A DNA stretch of 43,356 nt from an uncultured Bacilli bacterium (GTDB lineage: Bacteria > Bacillota_I > Bacilli_A > RF39 > UBA660). The stretch spans positions 1 to 43,356 of the forward strand of contig CAJFVY010000038.1 in the NCBI GenBank assembly GCA_904420615.1. The letters are read 5' to 3'. Both the position numbers and the translations under genes were made by a program. Of the stretch, positions 1-9,569 are shown in pieces (positions within the stretch are counted from its first letter, which is position 1; every line of letters starts with the position of its first letter). The notes beneath the pieces are model-generated. The model did not search any database. It had not been told where the DNA came from and saw only the letters and a list, made by a program, of their open reading frames with translations.

Positions 1-260
1 TACAATAGAACACACTTTATTATACTGTTTTAAACTCTTGTTTATTTTTTTAGCAAGTAATTTTAATAATTAAAAAGCAGTCAAAAACCTTATCAACAAA
101 GGATAAATTGACTATTTCAATAATATTTCATGTTTTATCCTGTTATTTTTTGGATAACTTTCCTATTAAATAAATAACTTCTAACGAAAAGAATGATAAA
201 CCAAGTAAAAATACCATAACATAAGTAAGAGAATCTTTTAATAATATCAAAGTAATTAAA

Positions 261-2867
261 CTACTCTCTCTTTCCTAAATTCCTTTTTATTAGTTTAAAT
301 ATCTCAACTATCAATATTGGTGATAAGGATAAGAATAAAACTATCAACCATTCCATACTATTTAAAGTACCTAAAGAGAAGAATTCTCTAACAGGCGTTA
401 TAAACAATACAATTCCTAAAAAGAAGATAGATCCTAACATTGCTAAATATAATACTTTATTTCTTGGAGAATCTTTACTGAATAATGATGTTGTACTAGA
501 ACTTTGATTTAAAGCATGAAATATTTGAGATAAACATAAGACGGTAAAAGACATTGTAAGAGCTATTTGATAATTATGTTTACTTCCTATTAAATAAGCA
601 ATAAGAGTAATTATAGCAATGTAAATACCATAGAAAACAATTCTAAAAATTAAACCCTTTTCAAATAAACTACCCGTTTTTACTGGTTTATGCCTCATAA
701 TATTAGGACTAGCAGGATCAATACCTAAGGCAAGTGATGGAAGTGTATCTGTCACAAGATTAATAAAGAGGATGTGTACTGCTAAAAGTGGTGTATTTAA
801 ATTAAAGAGCATTGTAATAAAAATAGTCAATACTTCAGCAATATTACCAGCCAGCAAAAATTGTATTACTTTTTGAATATTACGATATACTCTTCTTCCT
901 TCTTTTATAGCTACTTCTATTGTAGTAAAATTGTCATCTAATAAAATCATATCTGCTGCATCTTTAGCAACATCAGTTCCAGTGATTCCCATTGCAACAC
1001 CAATATCTGCTGTTTTTAAAGCTGGAGCATCATTAACTCCATCACCTGTCATTGCTACAATTTCTTTATTTTCTTTTAAGGCATTTACAATTCTTAATTT
1101 ATCTTTTGGTGTAACTCTTGCAAAAACAGAAATATTTTCCATTTTATCACGAAGTGTAGCATCACTCATCTTATCTAATTCATCCCCACTAATGACTAAG
1201 TTGCCTTCCTGATAAATTCCTAGATCTTTAGCAATCGTAGTAGCTGTTAGTTTATGATCTCCTGTTATCATAATAACTCGAATACCAGCTTCATGACATG
1301 TCTTAATTGCATCTTTTACTTCATTTCTCGGTGGATCTATCATGCCAACTATACCAATAAAAGTTAAATCTTTTTCTAAGTTAGTAGGATCATTCTTAGA
1401 CAACTTTTTCATACTCTTTTTAGCAAATCCTAACAGTCTAAGACCTTTACTAGAAAGATGAGAACAAAATTCTTTTACTTTTTTCTTATTTTCTTCTGTT
1501 AATAAAATTTCTTTTTCATCAATTATTCCTTTATCACAAATATCTATTAATTCTTCAGGTGCTCCTTTAGAATATAATAAATAATCAGAATTATTCTTAA
1601 TTACAACACTCATTCTTTTTCTAATAGAATCAAAGGGTTGCTCTAACAAAATTTTATTATCTTGTTTTATTTTTTCTATATCATATTTGTTTCTCTTAGC
1701 ATAAGAAAGAAGTGCACCTTCCGTTGGATCACCCAAAACTTTATCTTTATCTATAAAAGCATGATTACAAAGTATGCTAGCATAAATCAAATCTATCGAA
1801 ATATTATCATGATCTACTTGATTTATTATATCAGAATACAAAATGCTCTTAGTCACAGTCATTTTATTTAAAGTTAGAGTACCCGTCTTATCCGTACAAA
1901 TTACAGTAGAACTTCCTAAGGCTTCAACAGCAGGTAATTTCTTCACTAAAGCTTTCTTTTTAGCCATACGAGATACACCTAAAGCCATTACAATGGTAAC
2001 AGTAGCAGGTAGTCCTTCGGGAATTACTGAAATAGCAAGAGAAATAGCAATCATTAGTATGGATACAAAATCTCTTCCATATAAAATACCAATTATAAAA
2101 ATAAGAACAGCTATAATAATACCAACAAGACTTAAGACTTCTCCTACTTTATTCAATTTTCTTTTAAGAGGAGTATCCAAAGAATCACTATCATCTAACA
2201 TTTTGGCAATCTTACCTACTTCAGTATTATTAGCAGTTTCCGTTACAATTCCATAGGCACTACCATAAGAAATAATAGTAGAGGAAAAGACCATATTTAC
2301 TCTTTCTGCTAAAGGTGTATTAATATCTAGTACTTTTTTAGCATCTTTTAAGACGGGTACACTTTCACCAGTTAAAGAAGATTCATCTACTTTTAATTCC
2401 TGTTCTTCTATTAGTCTAATATCAGCTGGAACAATATTACCATCTTCTAAGTAAACAATATCCCCAAAAACAAGTTCTTTCGCTAATATTTGTTTTTTGT
2501 TCCCATCTCTTATCACAGTAGCAAGTGGAGCATTCATCTTCTTTAATGATTCAAGTGCATTAAGAGCCTTTTTTTCTTGAATGATACTAATCACTGCATT
2601 AATAGCAATAATAATTAAGATCACTACTCCTTCTGCTATTTCCCCTAAAACAAATGATAAAATAGCTGCCAAAAGTAAAATCAATATCATTCTATCCTTT
2701 AATTGATCAAGAATCATATTCCAAATTGTTTTTGTTTTTTTACCTTCTAATTCGTTTAAACCATATTTTTCTAATCTTTTCAATGCTTCACTAGTGGATA
2801 GTCCTTCTCTTTGTACTTCGCATTCTTTTAAAATATCTTGAATATTTTTGATATAACAATCTTTCAT
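261..2867 (-). CDS. P-type (P2, Ca2+-ATPase-like) cation-transporting ATPase
   Basis: Carries the motifs TGES, ICTDKTGTLT (phosphorylated Asp), MITGDH and MTGDGVNDAPALK. It has about 10 TM segments and an N-terminal 'GLSTSEALKRLEKYGLNEL' cation-ATPase N domain. I prefer the ATG at 2867, with AGGTGG 8 nt upstream, over the GTG at 2879. Confidence 0.9.
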   Translation of the reverse strand: MKDCYIKNIQDILKECEVQREGLSTSEALKRLEKYGLNELEGKKTKTIWNMILDQLKDRMILILLLAAILSFVLGEIAEGVVILIIIAINAVISIIQEKKALNALESLKKMNAPLATVIRDGNKKQILAKELVFGDIVYLEDGNIVPADIRLIEEQELKVDESSLTGESVPVLKDAKKVLDINTPLAERVNMVFSSTIISYGSAYGIVTETANNTEVGKIAKMLDDSDSLDTPLKRKLNKVGEVLSLVGIIIAVLIFIIGILYGRDFVSILMIAISLAISVIPEGLPATVTIVMALGVSRMAKKKALVKKLPAVEALGSSTVICTDKTGTLTLNKMTVTKSILYSDIINQVDHDNISIDLIYASILCNHAFIDKDKVLGDPTEGALLSYAKRNKYDIEKIKQDNKILLEQPFDSIRKRMSVVIKNNSDYLLYSKGAPEELIDICDKGIIDEKEILLTEENKKKVKEFCSHLSSKGLRLLGFAKKSMKKLSKNDPTNLEKDLTFIGIVGMIDPPRNEVKDAIKTCHEAGIRVIMITGDHKLTATTIAKDLGIYQEGNLVISGDELDKMSDATLRDKMENISVFARVTPKDKLRIVNALKENKEIVAMTGDGVNDAPALKTADIGVAMGITGTDVAKDAADMILLDDNFTTIEVAIKEGRRVYRNIQKVIQFLLAGNIAEVLTIFITMLFNLNTPLLAVHILFINLVTDTLPSLALGIDPASPNIMRHKPVKTGSLFEKGLIFRIVFYGIYIAIITLIAYLIGSKHNYQIALTMSFTVLCLSQIFHALNQSSSTTSLFSKDSPRNKVLYLAMLGSIFFLGIVLFITPVREFFSLGTLNSMEWLIVLFLSLSPILIVEIFKLIKRNLGKRE

Positions 2868-2927
2868 ACAAGACACCACCTATATTGTAACAATTACTAT
2901 TAGTATACCAATTCTTTATGTTTTATT

Positions 2928-4232
2928 TTATTTAAATGAAATAGAATCTAGTATACTTGTGCTATAACTCTTACAAACACTTAAAGAATTAGGTTCCGTT
3001 ACTTCAAAGTGATACATATAAACTACTCCCTCTTTTTCAGTTAAATAATATGACAAATAATCATCTCCTGCTTTATACCATTTAATCCCGTTTTTATTAA
3101 TAGTATCTATTGATTTCCTTTCATTTAATTCATAAGCTAAACTAGCTGCATTATGATAATTAGATACAGGAAGTAATGAAAAAGAACAATCAGAAAAAAG
3201 TGAATTAGGATCTGTTCCATAAGTGAATGTAATACTATTTGCCATTGTCGTGCCTTCATTCTGATCAGTTAATCCAAAAGGCATTTCAATATTAAAGATC
3301 TCATTCATGTTTACATTTGCATCAAATAAAATTATACCATCATATCCTATATCTTCATATTTGGGTGGAAGAAAATCTGAAAATAAATTTTCAAAAGTAC
3401 TAGATATCCCAGTAAAAATAAGAATTAAAGCTGCAACAATTCCAATAATAAATTGCAAGATAATACCTAAAATTATAGCACCTATACTACGACCTCCTTT
3501 AGAGGAACATAGAGTAGTTAATTCCTGCATCGTTAAATTAGGATTTCTTCTTACTATCTTTCTAACTTTACGTTTTGCAAAAGAACGATAAAGCGGATTT
3601 ACAACAAATGCTAAAATTAGACTAATAGCTAAATAAAGAATCCATATCATATTAATATCAATATTTGATAATATACCAAAAAGAATAGATACTAAGAAGC
3701 CATAAAAATACATTTTACGATAATATAAGTATAAGAAATTAAAGAAAAAGCCAGAAAAAGAAAAAGGTCTTTTAGAAATTTTATTGTAATTTACTCCAAC
3801 ATAACTAACAAGTAAAGCATCATAATCAATATTTTGTTTAGGTTGATAACTTGGCATTGGAACATTATGAGATGATGGATTATTAAAATTTACACCAATC
3901 ATTTTATCCACTTCTTGTTGATTATTACTATTAGTATTACCAACCTGGTTAGACTCATTACTATTTGTAGAAGATACAGTATCAGAGTTTGACTGATTAA
4001 TAGATGAGCCTATTTCTTGCCTATTTTCAATAGGTTGTTGTAAATTTGTTGGATTTGCACTATTAATATTGGGTGTTGGTATTACATTATGGGAATTATT
4101 ATTCATATTAGCCAAATTAATATTTGTATTACTATTTTCAGGATTATTAGTAGTATTTACAGAACTACCCCCATATAAGGAAAACAAATCATTATTACTT
4201 GTTTGATTATTATTATTATTTTGATTATTCAT
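2928..4232 (-). CDS. Membrane protein with an Asn-rich low-complexity N-terminus, a DUF2628-like TM core and a C-terminal extracytoplasmic domain
   Basis: The first ~130 aa are dominated by N/S/Q/T. The segment 'FSFSGFFFNFLYLYYRKMYFYGF' resembles the DUF2628 signature, and there are 3-4 TM helices. The C-terminal ~150 aa are unassigned. Confidence 0.5.
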   Translation of the reverse strand: MNNQNNNNNQTSNNDLFSLYGGSSVNTTNNPENSNTNINLANMNNNSHNVIPTPNINSANPTNLQQPIENRQEIGSSINQSNSDTVSSTNSNESNQVGNTNSNNQQEVDKMIGVNFNNPSSHNVPMPSYQPKQNIDYDALLVSYVGVNYNKISKRPFSFSGFFFNFLYLYYRKMYFYGFLVSILFGILSNIDINMIWILYLAISLILAFVVNPLYRSFAKRKVRKIVRRNPNLTMQELTTLCSSKGGRSIGAIILGIILQFIIGIVAALILIFTGISSTFENLFSDFLPPKYEDIGYDGIILFDANVNMNEIFNIEMPFGLTDQNEGTTMANSITFTYGTDPNSLFSDCSFSLLPVSNYHNAASLAYELNERKSIDTINKNGIKWYKAGDDYLSYYLTEKEGVVYMYHFEVTEPNSLSVCKSYSTSILDSISFK

Positions 4233-4258
4233 ATCCTCTCACCTTTCTCCTATAAATT

Positions 4259-6406
4259 TTAAAATTTTGGACTAAGTGTTAATGTTATTTCTAGATTATC
4301 TGTAATTGGGGTGTTGGGTGCTACACTTTGCGATGTCACATATCCTGTTCCATTTAATGTTACTGTAATATTAAGTAATCTTAACAAAGCTTCTGCTTGC
4401 TTACTTCCTAAGCCTGTGACATCTGGCACTGTTAAATTAGTATCATTTGTAATTAAGAATACAGTATTAGAAGAAGTAACTGTAGAAGCAGCACTAGGAT
4501 ACTGATTGATAATAGTATCTCCAGACCCAATTACCCGCACATTCATACCTTCATTTTCTAGGGTCGTTTTAACATCTGCTGTTGCTTTATTCTGATAGTT
4601 TGCCAAGGTATATGTTTGTAATGTAGTGGTTTCTTGTTGATCAGGTGATGTACCATAATATTTACTAATATTTACAACAATTTCTTTAATAGCTTTCCAA
4701 ATAACTGCCTGATTACCGCCAGAAGGACGCTTAACAGATGCATAAATGATTACTTTCGAATCTTCTTTTGGATAAACACCTGCAAATGATGAAATAATAT
4801 CACTACTTCCTGTTAAATAACCGCCACCAGTTTCATCTGCTATTTGAGCAGTACCTGTCTTACCAATTAAATCGTAACCTTCTAATCGATAACCAGTACC
4901 GGTATTGCCTGTACCGTTTACTGTTTCCCACATTAAATCTTTCATCTTATTAACCGTTGTTTCACTAGCTACGGTATCAATCTCTTTTCTTCCTCCCTCA
5001 TAAATTACTTCTCCTGTATCAGGATCTACAATCTTAGAAACAAGATAAGGTTTTAACATTACACCATTGTTAGTTAAAGCAGTTAAGGCTTGAATATTTT
5101 GAATAGGAGTAGTCGTAATACCTTGACCAAATCCAGCATTAAATATTTCTGTTTCATATTTAAAGTCTAAATCACCTGTTGCTTCATTAGGCAATTCAAT
5201 TCCTGTTTTCTTACCAAAGCCTAATTTCTTAAAATAACTTCTTAACATTCCAGCATTCATATGGCGATCGATCAAATTAATAACCCCAACATTAGAAGAT
5301 AAAGCAAAACCACGATCAAAGGAAATGTCCCCCCAACCAGCACGATTCCAGTCACCTATTACGGTACCATCAGTAGTTGTATAAGTTCCTGAATGATATA
5401 GTTCATTTCCATCATATACACCATTTTCCATAGCAGCCATATAAGTAAAGATTTTCATAGTAGAACCAGGTTCATAAGGACTAGCAACGTTGATATCCAA
5501 ATAATTTGTAATATTTCTAAAATTAGGATCAAAAGATGGTGAAGTACTGGAAGCTAAAATAGCTCCTGTATTAGCATCTGCAATTAAAATTGTAAACCAC
5601 TCATAATCATAATTTGCTTCAGCTTCATCCAAGGCTTGTTCTACAAAAAACTGAATATTATTATTAATCGTTAAATAAATATCTTTACCATCTTCAGCAT
5701 CTTTTCTATCCTCAGGTGTACCAGCTATTTGATATCCTTGTAAATCTTTTTGATAAGTAACATAGCCATCTTCTCCCCTTAAAATATCATCATATTCTTT
5801 TTCAATTCCCATTTCTCCACTGATATTAACAGTATCATCATCTTCCGTCTGTTCTTTAGCATATCCAATGGTATAAGATAAAAAATCTCCTTTAGGATAA
5901 TAGCGTTTAAAGCTTTCTTCAAAATCAATTCCTGGTAAATTTAAAGCTTCTATTTTTTCTTTTGTTAACTCTGTTAATCCTTTACCAGCATTTCCAAATT
6001 CAACTTGATATGCCCCTTCTCTATTTAAATAACGTAATATCTCTTCTTTACTAATTCCTAAAATAGGAGCAAGTGCTTCTGCTGTATAATCTTTATCTAC
6101 TACATGTTGTGGATTATCAGGATCAGTAGTTCTACTTTCTGAAAGATAAGCAATTAATTTATAAGAAGAAACATTCTGTGCTAAAACTTCTCCTTCGGCA
6201 GTATAAATAGTACCACGGTTAGCCTTAATAACTTCAGTCTTAGTTGTTCTACGACTAGCTAAAGCTTGTAGATCTGTTCCATCTACTTCTTTGCTAAGTG
6301 CTATTTGAAGAGTTCTTACTATCATAATGGCAAACAAAAAAAGAGCAATCAAAATGACAAACTTATTGATTTTAATATCATTTCTTTTACTCTTCTTTTT
6401 TTTCAC
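4259..6406 (-). CDS. pbpB: Class B penicillin-binding protein (division transpeptidase, PBP2B/FtsI type) with two C-terminal PASTA domains
   Basis: Has an N-terminal TM anchor and the transpeptidase motifs STMK (GSTMKIF), SSN (ALSSNVG) and KTGT (GKTGTAQ). Two PASTA-like repeats sit at the C-terminus. It lies directly after ftsL in the dcw cluster. Start is GTG with GTGAGG upstream. Confidence 0.9.
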   Translation of the reverse strand: MKKKKSKRNDIKINKFVILIALFLFAIMIVRTLQIALSKEVDGTDLQALASRRTTKTEVIKANRGTIYTAEGEVLAQNVSSYKLIAYLSESRTTDPDNPQHVVDKDYTAEALAPILGISKEEILRYLNREGAYQVEFGNAGKGLTELTKEKIEALNLPGIDFEESFKRYYPKGDFLSYTIGYAKEQTEDDDTVNISGEMGIEKEYDDILRGEDGYVTYQKDLQGYQIAGTPEDRKDAEDGKDIYLTINNNIQFFVEQALDEAEANYDYEWFTILIADANTGAILASSTSPSFDPNFRNITNYLDINVASPYEPGSTMKIFTYMAAMENGVYDGNELYHSGTYTTTDGTVIGDWNRAGWGDISFDRGFALSSNVGVINLIDRHMNAGMLRSYFKKLGFGKKTGIELPNEATGDLDFKYETEIFNAGFGQGITTTPIQNIQALTALTNNGVMLKPYLVSKIVDPDTGEVIYEGGRKEIDTVASETTVNKMKDLMWETVNGTGNTGTGYRLEGYDLIGKTGTAQIADETGGGYLTGSSDIISSFAGVYPKEDSKVIIYASVKRPSGGNQAVIWKAIKEIVVNISKYYGTSPDQQETTTLQTYTLANYQNKATADVKTTLENEGMNVRVIGSGDTIINQYPSAASTVTSSNTVFLITNDTNLTVPDVTGLGSKQAEALLRLLNITVTLNGTGYVTSQSVAPNTPITDNLEITLTLSPKF

Positions 6407-6423
6407 TTGTGCCTCACATCCTA

Positions 6424-6714
6424 CTATTCTACTGTTTTAATATTATCATTATTATAACTCAATCCTTGATCTTTGGCAACTTCTTGTATTTTATCAAGTG
6501 AAGCTAATTCATTAATTTTCATAGATAAACTCTGATTGGTTTTAGTTTGTTCTGAAATTTCTTTTTTTTGTTTTTCAACTTGAAAATTTATTTGCGAAAG
6601 GGTGGCTTTAGAAAAAACAATCGTAATTGGTGCACTGATCGCTAATACAATGGCAAAAGTATAAATTAAACGTTCAAATTTTCCTAATTTTACTCTCTTT
6701 TTTCCTTTTCTCAT
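6424..6714 (-). CDS. ftsL: Cell division protein FtsL
   Basis: A 96-aa bitopic protein with a basic N-terminus, one TM and a coiled-coil ectodomain. It sits between rsmH and the class B PBP. Confidence 0.8.
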   Translation of the reverse strand: MRKGKKRVKLGKFERLIYTFAIVLAISAPITIVFSKATLSQINFQVEKQKKEISEQTKTNQSLSMKINELASLDKIQEVAKDQGLSYNNDNIKTVE

Positions 6715-6731
6715 TTTAAACCATATCCCTT

Positions 6732-7658
6732 CTATCTTATTCTTTCGATTACTCTAAGTTTAGCACTATGTGCCCTATTATTATTTTTTAATTCTTCTTC
6801 ACTTGGAAGAATGGCTTTTTTCGTTACTAAAGCAAACCTTGGTAATTTTTCAACTGGTACATTAGGCATTCCTTTTGATAAAGGATCTATTTCCGTTAAT
6901 TTACGAAAATATTGTTTTACAATTCTATCTTCTAAAGAATGAAACGTAATAACAGCTATTCTACCACCTACATCCAGTAATTCTTGAGAATCAGCTAATG
7001 ACTTTTTCAATACTTCTAATTCATCATTAACTTCTATTCTCAAAGCCTGAAAAATTTGTTTTGCTGGGTGCTTTTTTAATCGTTCTTTCATTGGTACTGC
7101 TTCTTTAATAATTTCTACTAATTCTAGCGTAGTCTCTATTTCTTTTTCTTTGCGATGTTTTACAATATTTTTTGCTATACTAGATGAAAATTTACTTTCA
7201 CCGTATTCTTTAAAAATGCGTTTCAAGTCTTCTTCTTGATAAGTATTGACAATCATCTTAGCAGTTACCTCATTATCATGATCCATTCTCATATCAAGGG
7301 GAGCATCATTATGATAGCTAAAGCCCCGATAATCGCGATCAAGCTGTGGACTTGATACTCCTAAATCGTATAAAATAGCATTCACTTTAGTAATTCCTAA
7401 TTCTTCTAATTTTTTCTTAGCTTCAACAAAGTTGGAATCAATTACGCGGAAGTTATTCCCTATTGTAGCTAACTTTTTAGTACTATAGAGAATAGCTTCC
7501 TCGTCTTGATCAAAGGCGAATAGATAACCCTTTTTTATCTTTTTTAAAATTTGACTACTATGTCCTGCAAAGCCAAGTGTCATATCAACAACACGAGAAT
7601 CTTCTTTTAAATTTAAATTTTCAATTGCTTCCTTTAGTAAAACACTCTCATGCATCAT
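6732..7658 (-). CDS. rsmH: 16S rRNA (cytosine1402-N4)-methyltransferase RsmH (MraW)
   Basis: HESVLLKEAIENL at the N-terminus, a DMTLGFAGHS SAM-binding motif and a FHSLEDR motif. It follows mraZ. Confidence 0.93.
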   Translation of the reverse strand: MMHESVLLKEAIENLNLKEDSRVVDMTLGFAGHSSQILKKIKKGYLFAFDQDEEAILYSTKKLATIGNNFRVIDSNFVEAKKKLEELGITKVNAILYDLGVSSPQLDRDYRGFSYHNDAPLDMRMDHDNEVTAKMIVNTYQEEDLKRIFKEYGESKFSSSIAKNIVKHRKEKEIETTLELVEIIKEAVPMKERLKKHPAKQIFQALRIEVNDELEVLKKSLADSQELLDVGGRIAVITFHSLEDRIVKQYFRKLTEIDPLSKGMPNVPVEKLPRFALVTKKAILPSEEELKNNNRAHSAKLRVIERIR

Positions 7659-8089
7659 TAAATCCCCTCATTAAACAAACCATCAGCTATTAGAGACATT
7701 TCATCATTCGCAGAGTTCATAAATTCAGTCCAGGCATTCAAATCCCAAATTTCAAATCGTTCCCCCACTCCTACAATTACACAATCTTTTTCTAAAGAAG
7801 CATAGTTACTAAGTGGTGAAGGAAGTAAGATACGGCCTTGTTTATCAAGCTCTGTGGCAGTAGCTCCTGACATAAAAAATCTAGTGAATCGTCTTGCATC
7901 TTTTTTGGTGAATGGTAGGCTTTCTAGTTTTGCAACAATTTTTTCAAATGTTTCTTTAGGATAAGCATAAATACATGGCTCTATACCACGAGTAATAATA
8001 AATTCATTTCCTAATAGCTCACGGTATTTAGCCGGTATAATAATTCTACCCTTATTATCAAGAGTATGATGATACTCACCCATGAACAT
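7658..8089 (-). CDS. mraZ: Transcriptional regulator MraZ
   Basis: MFMGEYHHTLDNKGRIIIPAKYR and the second DKQGRILLP half-domain give the duplicated SpoVT/AbrB-like motif. I chose the ATG at 8089, with GGGGGA 5 nt upstream. The 53-codon extension to 8248 in the ORF track runs through the promoter and operator. Confidence 0.9.
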   Translation of the reverse strand: MFMGEYHHTLDNKGRIIIPAKYRELLGNEFIITRGIEPCIYAYPKETFEKIVAKLESLPFTKKDARRFTRFFMSGATATELDKQGRILLPSPLSNYASLEKDCVIVGVGERFEIWDLNAWTEFMNSANDEMSLIADGLFNEGI

Positions 8090-8098
8090 AAAAATCCC

Positions 8099-8122
8099 CC
8101 ACTTTTCACCACAATCTTCCAC
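8099..8122 (-). promoter_or_regulatory. Putative MraZ operator: three (A/T)GTGG boxes spaced exactly 10 bp apart
   Basis: The minus strand reads cAGTGGaagatTGTGGtgaaaAGTGGggga. On the plus strand, CCAC occurs at 8099, 8109 and 8119. The boxes lie between the predicted -10 and the mraZ RBS. Confidence 0.6.
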
Positions 8123-8133
8123 TGCTTGATTAT

Positions 8134-8162
8134 ATTTTACACATTTATTGGTATTTTGTAAA
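8134..8162 (-). promoter_or_regulatory. Sigma-A-type promoter of the dcw operon (TTTACA-17-TAAAAT)
   Basis: -35 TTTACA (8157-8162), a 17-nt spacer and -10 TAAAAT (8134-8139), about 45 nt upstream of the mraZ ATG. Chance matches are common in AT-rich DNA. Confidence 0.5.
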
Positions 8163-8213
8163 CTTATTAGACCATATTTCAAAAGACATTTTTTGCACTT
8201 TACATATAATGTG

Positions 8214-8243
8214 TAAAACAAAAAAAGAATATCAAATACTCTT
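8214..8243 (-). terminator. Rho-independent terminator after the small membrane protein gene
   Basis: RNA AAGAGUAU-UUG-AUAUUCUU (8 bp including one G-U pair) followed by UUUUUGUUUU. Confidence 0.5.
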
Positions 8244-8271
8244 GACATCCTCTCATCTTTTTATTATTATG

Positions 8272-8592
8272 CTATTTTTTTCTTATTAATTTTCTTACAG
8301 CAAGATAACTGTACCCAGCTAATCCAATTAAAATTAGATTTAAAAGCAAAACTAAATATGCAATCACTTGTCCACTACTAAGACCATTTATTAATAATTC
8401 TAATTCTGTTTCTAACTTTGGTCCTCGAGTAAAAAAATAAATAATAGTAATCACAAAAGCCGTTAGTGAATAAATAAGTAAAAATATAGCAGGCTTTGTT
8501 TTCTTTCTACGAAATAACTGATATACACTAACAAAAGCAATCGCATAAAACAAAAATATAACTACTAAAAATATAAAATTTCCTATATTCAT
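8272..8592 (-). CDS. Small integral membrane protein (3 TM), function unknown
   Basis: A 106-aa hydrophobic ORF with three predicted helices. No recognisable motif. Confidence 0.5.
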   Translation of the reverse strand: MNIGNFIFLVVIFLFYAIAFVSVYQLFRRKKTKPAIFLLIYSLTAFVITIIYFFTRGPKLETELELLINGLSSGQVIAYLVLLLNLILIGLAGYSYLAVRKLIRKK

Positions 8593-8606
8593 AATATCCC
8601 TACCTC

Positions 8607-9527
8607 TTAATATAATTCATCAGGCAATACTTTTTCAATTGCCTCTTTAATAATTGCTGCTGAGTGATGTAGTTTTTTTTCTTCTTCACTCGTTAATTTA
8701 ATATGAATCTTTTTTTCTATTCCATTCTTTCCTATTACTACTGGTGTAGAAAGATAAACATCATAATCTTCTTGATAATTAGAAACTGGAAAAATACATT
8801 TTTCGTCATAAAGAATGGCTTTTGTTAATTTAACTAAACAACTGGCAACTCCATGGCTTGTAAATCCTTTACTAGAAACGATTTCGTTTCCCATTTCTCT
8901 TACTCTATTTTCTATTTTTTCTTTTTCTTCTTGACCAATAAAACTATTGATGTTCTGTAAGCCAATATTCGCATTATTCCATACGACAAATTGACTAGAT
9001 CCATGTTCCCCTAATACATAAACTGATATGTCTTGACTGTTTATAGATAGTTTTTTAGATAATAATGTTTTTAAACGATAAGTATCAAGCATGGTACCAG
9101 TACCAATTACTCTATCAAATGGTAAATCACTATAGGTTGCTACTAATTGAGTTGCGACATCTAAGGGATTAGAGGCTACTAAAAAAATACCTTTAAACTG
9201 ATACTCCATTACTTTTGTGATAATAGGATAAATCATATCATTTATAGGCAATGTATCTAAAAGTCGATCTTTCAATTCTTGTTTTACCCCTGCTGTAAGA
9301 CAAATAATATCAGCATCTCTACAATCTTCATAGCTACCTATCTTGAAGGAAATATAGCTATTTTTATTACATAAACTTTGTTCAAGATCTAATACTTCCC
9401 CATATAATTTATCATTTTTCTCATCAATTAAAACGATTGTTGCCTTTAGGTTTGGTTCTAATGATAATTTTTCAATATATTCACATCCGACATTTCCACA
9501 GCCAATTACTACAATCTTATATGACAT
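8607..9527 (-). CDS. ldh: L-lactate dehydrogenase (LDH/MDH family)
   Basis: A VVIGCGNVGCEY Rossmann motif, LGEHGSSQ carrying the catalytic His, and 306 aa. RBS is AGGAGG. LDH versus another 2-hydroxyacid dehydrogenase cannot be resolved by eye. Confidence 0.8.
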   Translation of the reverse strand: MSYKIVVIGCGNVGCEYIEKLSLEPNLKATIVLIDEKNDKLYGEVLDLEQSLCNKNSYISFKIGSYEDCRDADIICLTAGVKQELKDRLLDTLPINDMIYPIITKVMEYQFKGIFLVASNPLDVATQLVATYSDLPFDRVIGTGTMLDTYRLKTLLSKKLSINSQDISVYVLGEHGSSQFVVWNNANIGLQNINSFIGQEEKEKIENRVREMGNEIVSSKGFTSHGVASCLVKLTKAILYDEKCIFPVSNYQEDYDVYLSTPVVIGKNGIEKKIHIKLTSEEEKKLHHSAAIIKEAIEKVLPDELY

Positions 9528-9540
9528 CTTTCTTTCCTCC

Positions 9541-9569
9541 TAGAAAAAAGGAAAAATTGCTTTTCCTTT
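9541..9569 (-). terminator. Rho-independent terminator after the P-loop ATPase gene
   Basis: RNA AAAGGAAAA-GCAAU-UUUUCCUUU followed by UUUCU. The stem overlaps the stop codon at 9569-9571 and is followed directly by the ldh RBS. Confidence 0.55.

Noticed and set aside
1-260. A possible gene or promoter in the first 260 bp downstream of the ATPase gene
   Set aside because: Only 13-codon-scale frames are present. A TATAAT at 19-24 (minus strand) lacks a credible -35, and any gene it would serve lies outside the window.
931-2256. Plus-strand ORFs 931-1212, 1662-1871 and 1843-2256 inside the P-type ATPase gene
   Set aside because: They lie antisense to a gene with unmistakable P-type ATPase motifs. 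Their translations are low-complexity (S/I/L/T/P-rich), and they have no RBS or recognisable domain. They are typical shadow ORFs.
8090-8248. N-terminal extensions offered by the ORF track: mraZ to 8248, nusA to 42531, the P-loop ATPase to 10600, the ATPase to 2879, AT3 to 23985, SGNH to 31615, ugd to 29351 and others
   Set aside because: In each case an internal ATG is preceded by a much better Shine-Dalgarno sequence and matches the expected family N-terminus. The extensions run through promoters or operators, or rely on non-ATG codons.
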